Below, one piece after another: positions 17,880 to 26,237 of a stretch of DNA of 32,000 nucleotides; position 1 is the first letter of the stretch, and each line of letters starts with the position of its first letter. The notes beneath the pieces were generated by a model that saw only the letters and a list, made by a program, of their open reading frames with translations, had not been told where the DNA came from and ran no database searches. A program made the translations under genes and the position numbers. This DNA comes from Nostoc punctiforme PCC 73102. GTDB lineage: Bacteria; Cyanobacteriota; Cyanobacteriia; Cyanobacteriales; Nostocaceae. The stretch covers positions 540,001 to 572,000 of the forward strand of contig NC_010628.1 in NCBI RefSeq assembly GCF_000020025.1. The letters are read 5' to 3'.

Positions 17880-18010
17880 GAGCAGAAGAGGCAGAGGAGT
17901 AGGGGGGATTGGGCATTGGGCATAGAGAAGAGACAAGGAAGAGACTTATTCAATAATTTCCCCTTGTCCCCCTCGTCCCCTAATCCTTTCCTGCTCCCCT
18001 GCTTCTTATC
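17880..18010. repeat. Strand-asymmetric imperfect inverted repeat: purine-rich arm 17880-17945, pyrimidine-rich arm 17957-18010
   Basis: Left arm: gagcagaagaggcagaggagtaggggggattgggcattgggcatagagaagagacaaggaagagac. Right arm: tttccccttgtccccctcgtcccctaatcctttcctgctcccctgcttcttatc. The complementarity is partial and was judged by eye. Confidence 0.55.
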
Positions 18011-18085
18011 TACTCATAAATATTACTGAACTCACGGTGTGATTTTATAAAGTAAAATTTTGCCTAAGTAACACAAATTTTACTG

Positions 18086-18808
18086 ATGATTTCATTCTCC
18101 AAGTTTTTCAAAGAAAACCAGTTCAATCAGGTAGCAGCACTTTTGTTATTGCTACTACTGCTAGCAATAGGAGGGGTTCCTGGATATCTGACAGGACACT
18201 GGCAATGGAAACAGCCGCTACCTGTTACCAACCTCCACGAGTTAAAACAGATCCGTAACGCTGGGTTAGCCCTTCCTGGTTGGCAAACTATTGAACAAGC
18301 AGAACAGGAAATTGGCGAACATAAATGGTCTTTGCAGGTACTTAAAAAAGAAGGTTCCCAATCCCAGGCAATCCTGCTTTTGCTGCCGCAAAATGGGCCT
18401 ATGGATCAACCAGAGGTAGAGTGGACAGATGTTAACGGCTGGGGAAGATCGCGCTGGGGAAAGTGGGATATAGCGCAATCTCGTTCTGCCGTATTTACTG
18501 TGAAACCCTCTGGCAAGTTGGCTTCTAATGTTGAAAGTAAAGTAGAAGCTAGGTTCTTTCGTGCCGCCACACCACAGCAAACCTTCGCTGTCTTGCAATG
18601 GTACGCAATGCCAGACGGCGGAAATCCATCACCTTTTCACTGGTTCTTGGCAGATCAATTGGCCCAGTGGCGCAAGCAACGCATTCCCTGGGTAAGCGTG
18701 AGCATTCTGATCCCGATGGAACCTTTAGGGCAGGTAGAAACATCTTGGTCTTTAGCCAAGTCTATGGGGAAAACAGTGCAAAGTACATTGATGGCAGGCC
18801 CTTTGTAA
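18086..18808 (+). CDS. Cyanoexosortase system-associated protein (EpsI-like, N-terminal membrane anchor)
   Basis: It has one N-terminal TM segment (AALLLLLLLLAIGGVPGYL) followed by a soluble domain. Its position immediately downstream of the exosortase matches the EpsI-type partner. The assignment rests on context and architecture rather than a motif I can name. Confidence 0.6.
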   Translation: MISFSKFFKENQFNQVAALLLLLLLLAIGGVPGYLTGHWQWKQPLPVTNLHELKQIRNAGLALPGWQTIEQAEQEIGEHKWSLQVLKKEGSQSQAILLLLPQNGPMDQPEVEWTDVNGWGRSRWGKWDIAQSRSAVFTVKPSGKLASNVESKVEARFFRAATPQQTFAVLQWYAMPDGGNPSPFHWFLADQLAQWRKQRIPWVSVSILIPMEPLGQVETSWSLAKSMGKTVQSTLMAGPL

Positions 18809-18812
18809 TGTC

Positions 18813-18846
18813 TCTGATGAATGCCTTTGTGCAGAGATTCATCAGA
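18813..18846 (+). terminator. Hairpin 5 nt after the EpsI-like stop codon (10-bp perfect stem)
   Basis: tctgatgaat (18813-18822) pairs with attcatcaga (18837-18846) around a 14-nt loop. No T-tract follows, so it may be a processing or attenuation structure rather than an intrinsic terminator. Confidence 0.4.
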
Positions 18847-18914
18847 AGTAAGTAAGTTGGTAGAAATAAACCAAATTAGGTTACGAAACGTAAATAGTCT
18901 TAAAGTCCTTACTG

Positions 18915-18942
18915 ATGAACAATGACAAAGGACAAATGACAG
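18915..18942. repeat. Heptamer array atgaaca atgacaa aggacaa atgacag
   Basis: Read directly in the 360-bp spacer upstream of the Wza-like gene. Confidence 0.65.
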
Positions 18943-19168
18943 TCCTTGCTAGTTAGCTTTAATTGCGCCAACCAACTTATCTTTATAAATTGCATTCAGG
19001 CTAGAACTTAGACAAAAGATGTTAATAATATGAAGCTAGTATTTAAATTTAGTAAAGTTATTCTCTTTTTCCTAGTCAATACTTGCAGACTCCAGAGACA
19101 TTGGGGACATTAATAGAGTAAAATAACGACTCGGCGCGAATAATTCTCATATCATTTTTTCTGCACCG

Positions 19169-20533
19169 ATGTTCATAGATCCCACTTCTTATATGCGTGC
19201 ATTCAGCGCCCTTTGTTTTATTAGTCTTCAAGTAGGAGTTTTTTTAACAACACCTATCCAACTTGTCCTTGCCCAGCCTTTTCCATCTCAAGGACAATCA
19301 CCAAGGCAACCCCCCTCGCCTGTGCCAGGTACTGAGACTGAGGTTATACCTACAGGTACAAATGACGAAACTTCCAGCCAACTCAGCCGCTACCTCTTGG
19401 GTCCAGGAGATATAATTGGCGTTGTACTTCAGCGTCCTCCTGGCCCATACCGCTTAGGTATAGGAGATGGAATTAGCGTTTCGGTTCAGCGCTTTCCAGA
19501 TTTGAGTTTTCAAGCTTTAATCAACCCAGAAGGTAACATTGTAGTGCCACTACTGGGAACAGTTTCTTTACAAGGTTTAACTTTAGAAGAAGCTCAAGAA
19601 AAAATTCGCTTGGGTTTAAATCGTTATGTTGTCGATCCAGTAATAGTTTTAGCTTTAGCAGCGCAGCGTCAAGACTTAAGTTTTCAAGCTGTAATTAGTC
19701 CCGAAGGCAACATCGTAGTACCACAAGTGGGAACAGTTTCTTTACAAGGTTTAACTTTAGAAGAAGCTCAAGAAAAAATTCGCTTGGGTTTAAGTCGCTT
19801 TTTCCCAGATCCAATCGTAGTAGTATCTTTGGCAGGGACGCGACCAGTTCAAGTTACCGTTAGCGGAGAAATATTCAGACCAGGAATTTATCCGATTAAT
19901 TCAGCAACACCCCGCGTTGCTGATGCCTTGCTAATATCTGGGGGTTCAACGTTAAATGCAGACCTGCGACAAATACAAGTACGCCGCAAGTTAATTGATG
20001 GTTCTGTGATTTCACAAACTATTGACTTATATGCAGCACTGCAAAATGGCGGTTCAATCCCTAATTTACGCTTACAAGACGGAGATGCGATACTCGTCCC
20101 CCGTCGTGAAGTTGGTAATGATGACGGTTATGACCGCAATTTGGTAGCACGTTCATCTTTAGCCACACCACAGATTAGAGTCCGGGTTTTAAACTACGCT
20201 GCGGGAGGTCTCTCTATTCAAGCACTGCCTAACGGCAGTACATTTGTAGATGCTTTGGGAGGAGTAAATCTTGATACTGCTAATCTCCGAGATATCGCTC
20301 TGGTTCGCTTTGATCCTGAACAAGGTAAAGCTGTTACCCAGAAACTTGATGCTAAAAAAGCTCTAGGAGGCGATGCGTCTCAAAATGTGGCGCTTCAAGA
20401 TAATGATGTTATTGTTGTTGGTCGTAACCTCATAGGTAGAATTACTAATTTCCTAACTACCATTACCCAACCTTTCTTCAATGTTCAATCCTTTCTCCGG
20501 TTTTTTGATAACTTCGGTGGCGGGTCAAATTAG
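19169..20533 (+). CDS. Polysaccharide biosynthesis/export protein (Wza-like outer-membrane exporter; Poly_export plus SLBB-type domains)
   Basis: Has a signal peptide, the Poly_export hallmark YLLGPGD...PEGNIVVPLLGTVSLQGLTLEEAQEKI, and later soluble-ligand-binding beta-grasp (SLBB)-like blocks (RLQDGDAILVPRR, LQDNDVIVVGR). An alternative start is ATG 19193. Confidence 0.85.
   Translation: MFIDPTSYMRAFSALCFISLQVGVFLTTPIQLVLAQPFPSQGQSPRQPPSPVPGTETEVIPTGTNDETSSQLSRYLLGPGDIIGVVLQRPPGPYRLGIGDGISVSVQRFPDLSFQALINPEGNIVVPLLGTVSLQGLTLEEAQEKIRLGLNRYVVDPVIVLALAAQRQDLSFQAVISPEGNIVVPQVGTVSLQGLTLEEAQEKIRLGLSRFFPDPIVVVSLAGTRPVQVTVSGEIFRPGIYPINSATPRVADALLISGGSTLNADLRQIQVRRKLIDGSVISQTIDLYAALQNGGSIPNLRLQDGDAILVPRREVGNDDGYDRNLVARSSLATPQIRVRVLNYAAGGLSIQALPNGSTFVDALGGVNLDTANLRDIALVRFDPEQGKAVTQKLDAKKALGGDASQNVALQDNDVIVVGRNLIGRITNFLTTITQPFFNVQSFLRFFDNFGGGSN
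19499..19846 (+). repeat. Intragenic tandem duplication, 2 x 174 bp (58 codons each), within the Wza-like gene
   Basis: Copy 1 is 19499-19672 and copy 2 is 19673-19846. 43 of 58 residues are identical. 19554-19619 and 19728-19793 (66 nt) are nucleotide-identical. Confidence 0.9.
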
Positions 20534-20744
20534 TAACTCTAAAAGAAGGATACAATCTGGAAATAGTTGGGAGTGTAGGAAGCCACATCTTCAACTGGTC
20601 TTTGAATTCGTTAATGTAAAAATATTAAACATATCAACCAATATATAGTATGAAGTTGATAGCGTTCTTGTATCAAAACCACTATCTTTAGTTTGGTGCT
20701 TCCTAAATTTTGAATTTTGAATTTTTAATTGGAGCGAAGCGACC

Positions 20745-22919
20745 ATGACCCCACCAATTGTTAAGCGCTATCTTATTGCTTTTGATAAGTACAAGTGGAT
20801 TGGACTAGCTAGTTTTGGTCTAGTTATAGTAGGGTCGACTTTGGTAGCTATGCAACCAGAGCCACCTACTAGCTATATAGCATCTGGCGCACTTACCTAT
20901 AGTGGTCCACCAGTTTCGTTCTCTGCAACTGGCACTGAAATCCAACAGCAAGGAAAAGAACTGAATCAGGAAGTTTTACTCTCCAACCAGATAATTGCAG
21001 GAGTGGCCGAAAAAGTCGGTGTCAAACCGACAAAGCTGGGTAACAGTGTCGTCCTTTCTGTTCCTAAAAAAAACCCCAGGACTGGAGAATTGGAAACTAG
21101 TCTTTTGGAATTGAAATATGTAGATACCGATCCCAAACGAGGTATACAGGTCTTGGCGGAATTGATGCAAGCAATGATCAAGTTGAGTAGTGATATTAAT
21201 ACTGGGCGATTACAAGCAATTATTGAAAAGATTAACGATCGCGTACCACAAGCTAAACGAGAGTTGCAAGTTGCTGAAAAGAAGTTAGAACAGTACGATC
21301 GCATCGAACGAACCGCAATATTAGCAGCCGAGAATGGCAGCTTGTTAAGCGCTGTTACTGCTAGCCAAAATCTCCAACGGCAGATGCAATTAACTATTTC
21401 TGGGGTTGATGGTCAAATTCGCAGTTTACAAAATAAGTTAGGCTTAACAGTCGGACAGGCTTATGTTTCTTCTGCTTTGAGTGCCGATCCAATTATTGGG
21501 AACTTACGAGCGCAAATTTATCAAAGTGAGTCGCAAATCGCCGTACTCAAAAAGGATTTGCGACCGGAACATCCAACGATGGTTCAGCTAATGCGTCAGA
21601 AGCAAGCTGCTGAAGAATTGCTGCAACAACGTGCATCTGAGGTCTTAGGTGGTGATGGGACGGCGGCTCCGCTTCAGGGTAGCGTTGCAGGTATTCGTAC
21701 CCAAAGCAGCTTAGATCCAGCCCGCCAGCAATTGGCAAACCAAATGGTGGCTTTGCAAACCCAACGGGAGACGCTGCAACAACAATTAATTCAAGAGATC
21801 CAACAAGAAGCGCGACTACGGCAAGAGTATTCTCTGATACCCAATAAGCAATTAGAGCGATCGCGTTTAGAACAGGAGGTTGCCCTCAAAAAATCTATCT
21901 ACGACCAAATGCAGGTGAAGCTAACCGATGCTAAAACCGCAGAGGCAGAAACTACTAGCAGCCTCAGCATTGCCAGACGACCCACAGCGGCTGCTGATAT
22001 TAAACCCCCGAAGAGTGTACCTATTACTCTTGCTGTGGGCGGTTTCTTAGGTGTGGTGATTGGTGGTGGGGTGATATTTTTGTTGGGAGCGCTGGAAGGG
22101 ACTTTCAAAACCAGAGAGGATATTCGCGAGAGCCTCAAGCAACGGGAAGTGGCAGTGTTGGGAGAATTGCCTTTAATGCCAGTGGATGATTTGGATAAAG
22201 AGGCAGTACCGGTGGTCATTTCTGCTGATTCTCCTTATTTAGAATTTTATGAGAAATTCCGCAGTAATCTGCGCCGGATAGGTGGTAAAAACTTAAAAGT
22301 GGTATTGATTACTAGCACCAGTAGCTTAGAAGGTAAAACGGCAAGTGCTTATAACTTGGGTATAGCTTCTGCCCGTGCTGGTAAAAGAACCTTGATTATT
22401 GAAACAGATTTGCGATCGCCTTCCCGTTCAACATCCCTGAAAGTAATTCCTGACCCCGATGCTACAATTGAACCCCTACGTTATTACGCTAACTTAAGTG
22501 AATGTATCCGTTTAGTTCCTGATGTAGAAAATTTATACATTCTTCCAAGCCCTGGCCCTGTGCGCCAATCTGCTGCTATTCTGGAATCTAGCGAAATGCG
22601 ACGGCTGATTGAGGATGTCCGCCAACGTTTTGATTTAGTGATTTTAGACACTAGTCCACTCAGTATTTCCAACGATCCTCTGTTAATCCAACCTTACAGT
22701 GATGGGATCGTATTAGTGACACGGCCACACTACACACAAGAGAATATGTTAGGTGAAGCTGTTGATCAATTGGTAGAAGCTGAACTGGGATTGTTAGGAG
22801 CAATTATTAATGGTGCTGATATCATTGTTTCTGTACCTGAAGAAGTTGCACAATCATCAACATTTACATCTGAGGTAGAAAAATCAGAAGAAGTTTCAGC
22901 AAGTGCTAGCAAAAACTGA
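20745..22919 (+). CDS. Wzc/GumC-like polysaccharide co-polymerase fused to a BY-kinase-type P-loop domain
   Basis: TM1 is WIGLASFGLVIVGSTLVAM. A long coiled-coil periplasmic region follows, then TM2 LAVGGFLGVVIGGGVIFLLGAL. The cytoplasmic domain has Walker A (SSLEGKTASAYNLG), Walker A' (LIIETDLRSP) and Walker B (DLVILDTSP). Confidence 0.88.
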   Translation: MTPPIVKRYLIAFDKYKWIGLASFGLVIVGSTLVAMQPEPPTSYIASGALTYSGPPVSFSATGTEIQQQGKELNQEVLLSNQIIAGVAEKVGVKPTKLGNSVVLSVPKKNPRTGELETSLLELKYVDTDPKRGIQVLAELMQAMIKLSSDINTGRLQAIIEKINDRVPQAKRELQVAEKKLEQYDRIERTAILAAENGSLLSAVTASQNLQRQMQLTISGVDGQIRSLQNKLGLTVGQAYVSSALSADPIIGNLRAQIYQSESQIAVLKKDLRPEHPTMVQLMRQKQAAEELLQQRASEVLGGDGTAAPLQGSVAGIRTQSSLDPARQQLANQMVALQTQRETLQQQLIQEIQQEARLRQEYSLIPNKQLERSRLEQEVALKKSIYDQMQVKLTDAKTAEAETTSSLSIARRPTAAADIKPPKSVPITLAVGGFLGVVIGGGVIFLLGALEGTFKTREDIRESLKQREVAVLGELPLMPVDDLDKEAVPVVISADSPYLEFYEKFRSNLRRIGGKNLKVVLITSTSSLEGKTASAYNLGIASARAGKRTLIIETDLRSPSRSTSLKVIPDPDATIEPLRYYANLSECIRLVPDVENLYILPSPGPVRQSAAILESSEMRRLIEDVRQRFDLVILDTSPLSISNDPLLIQPYSDGIVLVTRPHYTQENMLGEAVDQLVEAELGLLGAIINGADIIVSVPEEVAQSSTFTSEVEKSEEVSASASKN

Positions 22920-23057
22920 TATCCCAATAGGGAAATTTCAATATTTCAATGTTGTATAGGCGCTTCACTTTCTTACTGGGTAAGTAAGCAAAGGTTAACG
23001 CAGAGGTTTGATAGCTAGCAATTTTTTCGCTATGAATTTAGACAGAAAATGCTGTAT

Positions 23058-23762
23058 TTAGTCCTGCCTAAACAACCCAAACACGGGAGCGAGAATTACC
23101 CCAAAAACAAAACCCCCGATATGCGCCCAGTAAGCAACTCCACCTGTTTGTACAGTCATGTGAGCAGCTGTTTGTAAGGTAGCAAGACCAGATATAACAT
23201 TCTGCACAAAGAAAAGTCCAATTATCACTAGTGCTGGAATTCTGATGGTGGTGATGAAAATCCCCAAAAAAACTAAAGTCATGACTTTAGCGTGGGGAAA
23301 GCGGATGATGTACGCACCCAAAACCCCAGAAATTGCACCACTTGCCCCCAAGGAAGGAATCTCAGAATTCATACCAATGAACCATTGACACAAGGCAGCT
23401 AAAGCACCACATGCCAAATAAAAAATCAGATATTTGGCATGACCTAATCGATCTTCAATATTGTTGCCAAAAACCCAGAGGAACAACATATTTGAGATTA
23501 AGTGCCACCAACCACCGTGTAAAAATTGCGACGTAAATAATGTTATCCACTCTCCATTCAAATTGGTGGTTAACTCTTGAGGTACTACCGCATATTGACT
23601 TAAAAACTGACTCAATTGTGCATTTGACAGGCTCACCTCGTGAAGAAAAACTACAATATTTATGCCAATTAACCCGTAGGTGAAATACGGGGTGATTCGC
23701 GTCGGATTTTCGTCGTAGAGGGGAAACACAGGTGTTTTTCCTAAATTATTGGCTAATTGCAA
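23058..23762 (-). CDS. Rhomboid-family intramembrane serine protease (paralog 1)
   Basis: Contains FLHGGWWHLISNMLFLWVFGNNIED, the catalytic Ser in GASGAISG and His in AHIGGFVFG. The likely start is GTG 23729 (VFPLYDENPTRITPY), by analogy with the neighbour. The track start 23762 is TTG. Confidence 0.88.
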   Translation of the reverse strand: MQLANNLGKTPVFPLYDENPTRITPYFTYGLIGINIVVFLHEVSLSNAQLSQFLSQYAVVPQELTTNLNGEWITLFTSQFLHGGWWHLISNMLFLWVFGNNIEDRLGHAKYLIFYLACGALAALCQWFIGMNSEIPSLGASGAISGVLGAYIIRFPHAKVMTLVFLGIFITTIRIPALVIIGLFFVQNVISGLATLQTAAHMTVQTGGVAYWAHIGGFVFGVILAPVFGLFRQD

Positions 23763-23849
23763 TATAGCTTGTAAGGCAAGCAGTTGCGAAGCTTAGGTAA
23801 TGTCACCTAATTAAATCAATCAGACTGATTGATAGTTCCAATAACAAAA

Positions 23850-24569
23850 TCACTTATACCAAGATTCTTCCTGTGATTTATCGTTAAACAAACCTAACAG
23901 AGGGCCGAGAATTGCCCCAAAGATAAACCCACCGGCATGGGCCCAGTAAGCAATACCGCCGCTTTCCATACCGATGTTGGTACGTGTTTCGAGACTAGCA
24001 AGCCCGTAGAAAGCTTGTTCGAGAAACCAGAATCCCAAAAAGAAATATGCCGGGACACGGAAAGTTGGGAAGAAAATTCCTAAAGGCACTATGCCGAGAA
24101 CTTCGGCGTTGGGAAAGCGGAGAATATATGCTCCTAGAATGCCTGCGATCGCACCACTCGCACCCAAAGATGGAATGCTAGAATCTTGAGCGAAGAACCA
24201 CTGTGTTAATGCTGCCAAAACACCGCAAGATAAATAAAACAGTAAATATTTGGCATGACCTAATTTATCTTCAACGTTGTTACCAAAAATCCAGAGGAAC
24301 AGCATATTACCTGCTAAGTGCAAGAAACCACCATGCAAGAATTGCGAGGTAATCAAAGTTGCCCATTCTGGTACTGGTTGATGTATGGAGATACCACCAA
24401 AGCTTAGGGTGAGTTCTCGTGGAACTACAGCCGCAAGGTGTAAAAATCCATTTAATGCTTGTGGGGGAAGACTTGCTTCATAAAGAAAAGCGAGGACGTT
24501 GGCAGCAATCAACCCATAAGTTACATAAGGCGTGATTTTTGTGGGATTATTATCGCTAATTGGAACCAC
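23850..24569 (-). CDS. Rhomboid-family intramembrane serine protease (paralog 2)
   Basis: Contains FLHGGFLHLAGNMLFLWIFGNNVED, GASGAIAG and AHAGGFIFG. The start is GTG at 24569, preceded by aggaaaaaacgctc. Confidence 0.9.
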   Translation of the reverse strand: MVPISDNNPTKITPYVTYGLIAANVLAFLYEASLPPQALNGFLHLAAVVPRELTLSFGGISIHQPVPEWATLITSQFLHGGFLHLAGNMLFLWIFGNNVEDKLGHAKYLLFYLSCGVLAALTQWFFAQDSSIPSLGASGAIAGILGAYILRFPNAEVLGIVPLGIFFPTFRVPAYFFLGFWFLEQAFYGLASLETRTNIGMESGGIAYWAHAGGFIFGAILGPLLGLFNDKSQEESWYK

Positions 24570-24662
24570 GAGCGTTTTTTCCTGATTTTAAGACAGCAAT
24601 TCTACAATACGGAATTTTGTAAGTAGTTTCTTCTACCTCGTGGATGGATCTGGCTTTGAGAC

Positions 24663-25451
24663 TTAAAAACCGAAAGCCAAAAAACCACCATCGACAGTGA
24701 TACATTGTCCAGTGATGAAAGATGCCGCAGGCATACAAAGAAATGCTACTAAACCCGCTACTTCTTCTGGTTGACCAACTCTTCCCATAGGTGTTTGGGA
24801 CAGAACTAATTTGAGAAAATCTTGGTTATCGAGTACAGACTCGGTTAGAGGAGTGCGAATAGCCCAAGGTGCTACGGTATTTACCCTAATTTGATCGCAA
24901 GCCCATTCAACTGATAGCGATCGCGTCAATTGATTTATAGCCGCTTTAGTCATACCATAAGGAGCGCCTGTACGGTTTGAGACTAAACCCGCCACAGAAC
25001 TTATATTCACAATGCTGCTATTTTCCCTATTTTGCAGTAGAGGGTAAAACAGACGGCACATCTCAAAAATTGATATCTGGTTCGTCTGGATGATGAACTG
25101 ATATTCAGCAGCCGTGTAGTCTAGTACTTTTTTGCTGATATTGGTTCCCACATTATTAACCAGGATGTCTAATTTATCCCAGGTTTTGCCAACCTGCTCA
25201 AAAATGGCTTGTCGCCCCTCAGCAGTTGCAACATCTGCCGTAATTCCATAAGCAGGTAATCCTAATTCTCGCCAGATAATTAGTTGTTGGTCAACATCTT
25301 GAGAATTCCGTGCCACAATTATGACTTCTGCACCTAGAGATAAGAACTCATTGGCAACAGCTAGTCCAATGCCTTTGGTAGCACCTGTAATCAGTGCTTT
25401 CTTTCCTCTCAGTGTCCAGCGTAGACTTAGCCCACCGTAGGCATCACTCAT
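24663..25451 (-). CDS. Short-chain dehydrogenase/reductase family oxidoreductase (tropinone-reductase-like)
   Basis: Has TGATKGIG (TGxxxGIG cofactor motif), NNVG, SSVAG and YGMTKAA (YxxxK catalytic motif). Codons 3-11 are contributed by a 27-nt dispersed element. Confidence 0.9.
   Translation of the reverse strand: MSDAYGGLSLRWTLRGKKALITGATKGIGLAVANEFLSLGAEVIIVARNSQDVDQQLIIWRELGLPAYGITADVATAEGRQAIFEQVGKTWDKLDILVNNVGTNISKKVLDYTAAEYQFIIQTNQISIFEMCRLFYPLLQNRENSSIVNISSVAGLVSNRTGAPYGMTKAAINQLTRSLSVEWACDQIRVNTVAPWAIRTPLTESVLDNQDFLKLVLSQTPMGRVGQPEEVAGLVAFLCMPAASFITGQCITVDGGFLAFGF
25419..25445 (-). repeat. 27-nt dispersed mini-element, copy A (gatgcctacggtgggctaagtctacgc on the minus strand), inside the 5' end of the dehydrogenase CDS
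   Basis: Read directly. It encodes DAYGGLSLR in frame and matches copies B and C at 22 of 27 positions. Confidence 0.7.
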
Positions 25452-25603
25452 TTGTAATTTTGCGGATTTTTTATTTTCAAGGTATCAATTTAAGAGTTTA
25501 TCTTGTAAGTGCCCAATGCGATCGCTTTTTATAGTAATGTAAGCGATCGCAATCCCTAAACCATTTACTGCATCTGATTCCAATTAAATAGCCGATCGAA
25601 CCC

Positions 25604-26224
25604 ATGTTTTTTTCAAATTCTCAGGAAAATCAACTCCAGCGCTGGAACGAAACCATTCGCAATCAGCCAGAAAATCCTAACGCTTACATTCGTCGGGGTA
25701 TGGTTAACTTTCAATTGGCGAAAATTGATGAATCTATTAAAGATTTTGATATAGCAGAGGAACTGGATAGCCGTATTAAACCCTACCTCTGGCAACGTGG
25801 GTTATCCTATTATTATGCAGAAAGATTTGCTGAGGGTACTGAACAATTTGAAATAGATTTGACTGTGAATGCTCAAGATGTAGAAGAAACAGTATGGCGA
25901 TATCTCTGCATAGCTCGTTCGTTAGGTGTTGAAGAGGTACGTAAATCTTTACTAACTGTGAAAAATGACCCTCGACGCATTATGCAGCGCGTATATGATT
26001 TGTATGCGGGAGATTGTACACCAGATGATGTTTTAACTGTTGGTCAATCAGAAGGGATAAAGGGAAATTTTTACAGTCATCTTTACTTGGGATTATATTA
26101 TGAAGTCGAGAATAATATTGGTTTAGCTCAGGAATATATAGTTAAAGCTGCTGATAATTACAAGATCGATGATTATATGTGGTATTTAGCACAGGTACAT
26201 AAAATACTGCGAGGATGGATATAG
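25604..26224 (+). CDS. Conserved TPR-like protein of unknown function
   Basis: It is a 206-aa helical protein with TPR-like periodicity (NPNAYIRRGMVNFQLAKIDESIKDFDIAEELD; YSHLYLGLYYEVENNIGLAQEYIVKA). I recognise the fold class only, not the function. Confidence 0.6.
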   Translation: MFFSNSQENQLQRWNETIRNQPENPNAYIRRGMVNFQLAKIDESIKDFDIAEELDSRIKPYLWQRGLSYYYAERFAEGTEQFEIDLTVNAQDVEETVWRYLCIARSLGVEEVRKSLLTVKNDPRRIMQRVYDLYAGDCTPDDVLTVGQSEGIKGNFYSHLYLGLYYEVENNIGLAQEYIVKAADNYKIDDYMWYLAQVHKILRGWI

Positions 26225-26237
26225 TAAAGTGTTGATC

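Noticed and set aside
20046-20056. GGTTCAATCCC, a tRNA T-arm-like motif
   Set aside because: It lies inside the well-supported Wza-like CDS (codons G-G-S-I-P). I saw no acceptor or anticodon stems around it, so it is a chance match. No tRNA, rRNA or tmRNA was found in any intergenic region.
24556-24738. 60-aa ORF bridging the rhomboid start and the dehydrogenase stop
   Set aside because: It overlaps the 3' end of the dehydrogenase CDS in another frame. The product is Trp/Phe/Arg-rich, and there is no RBS.
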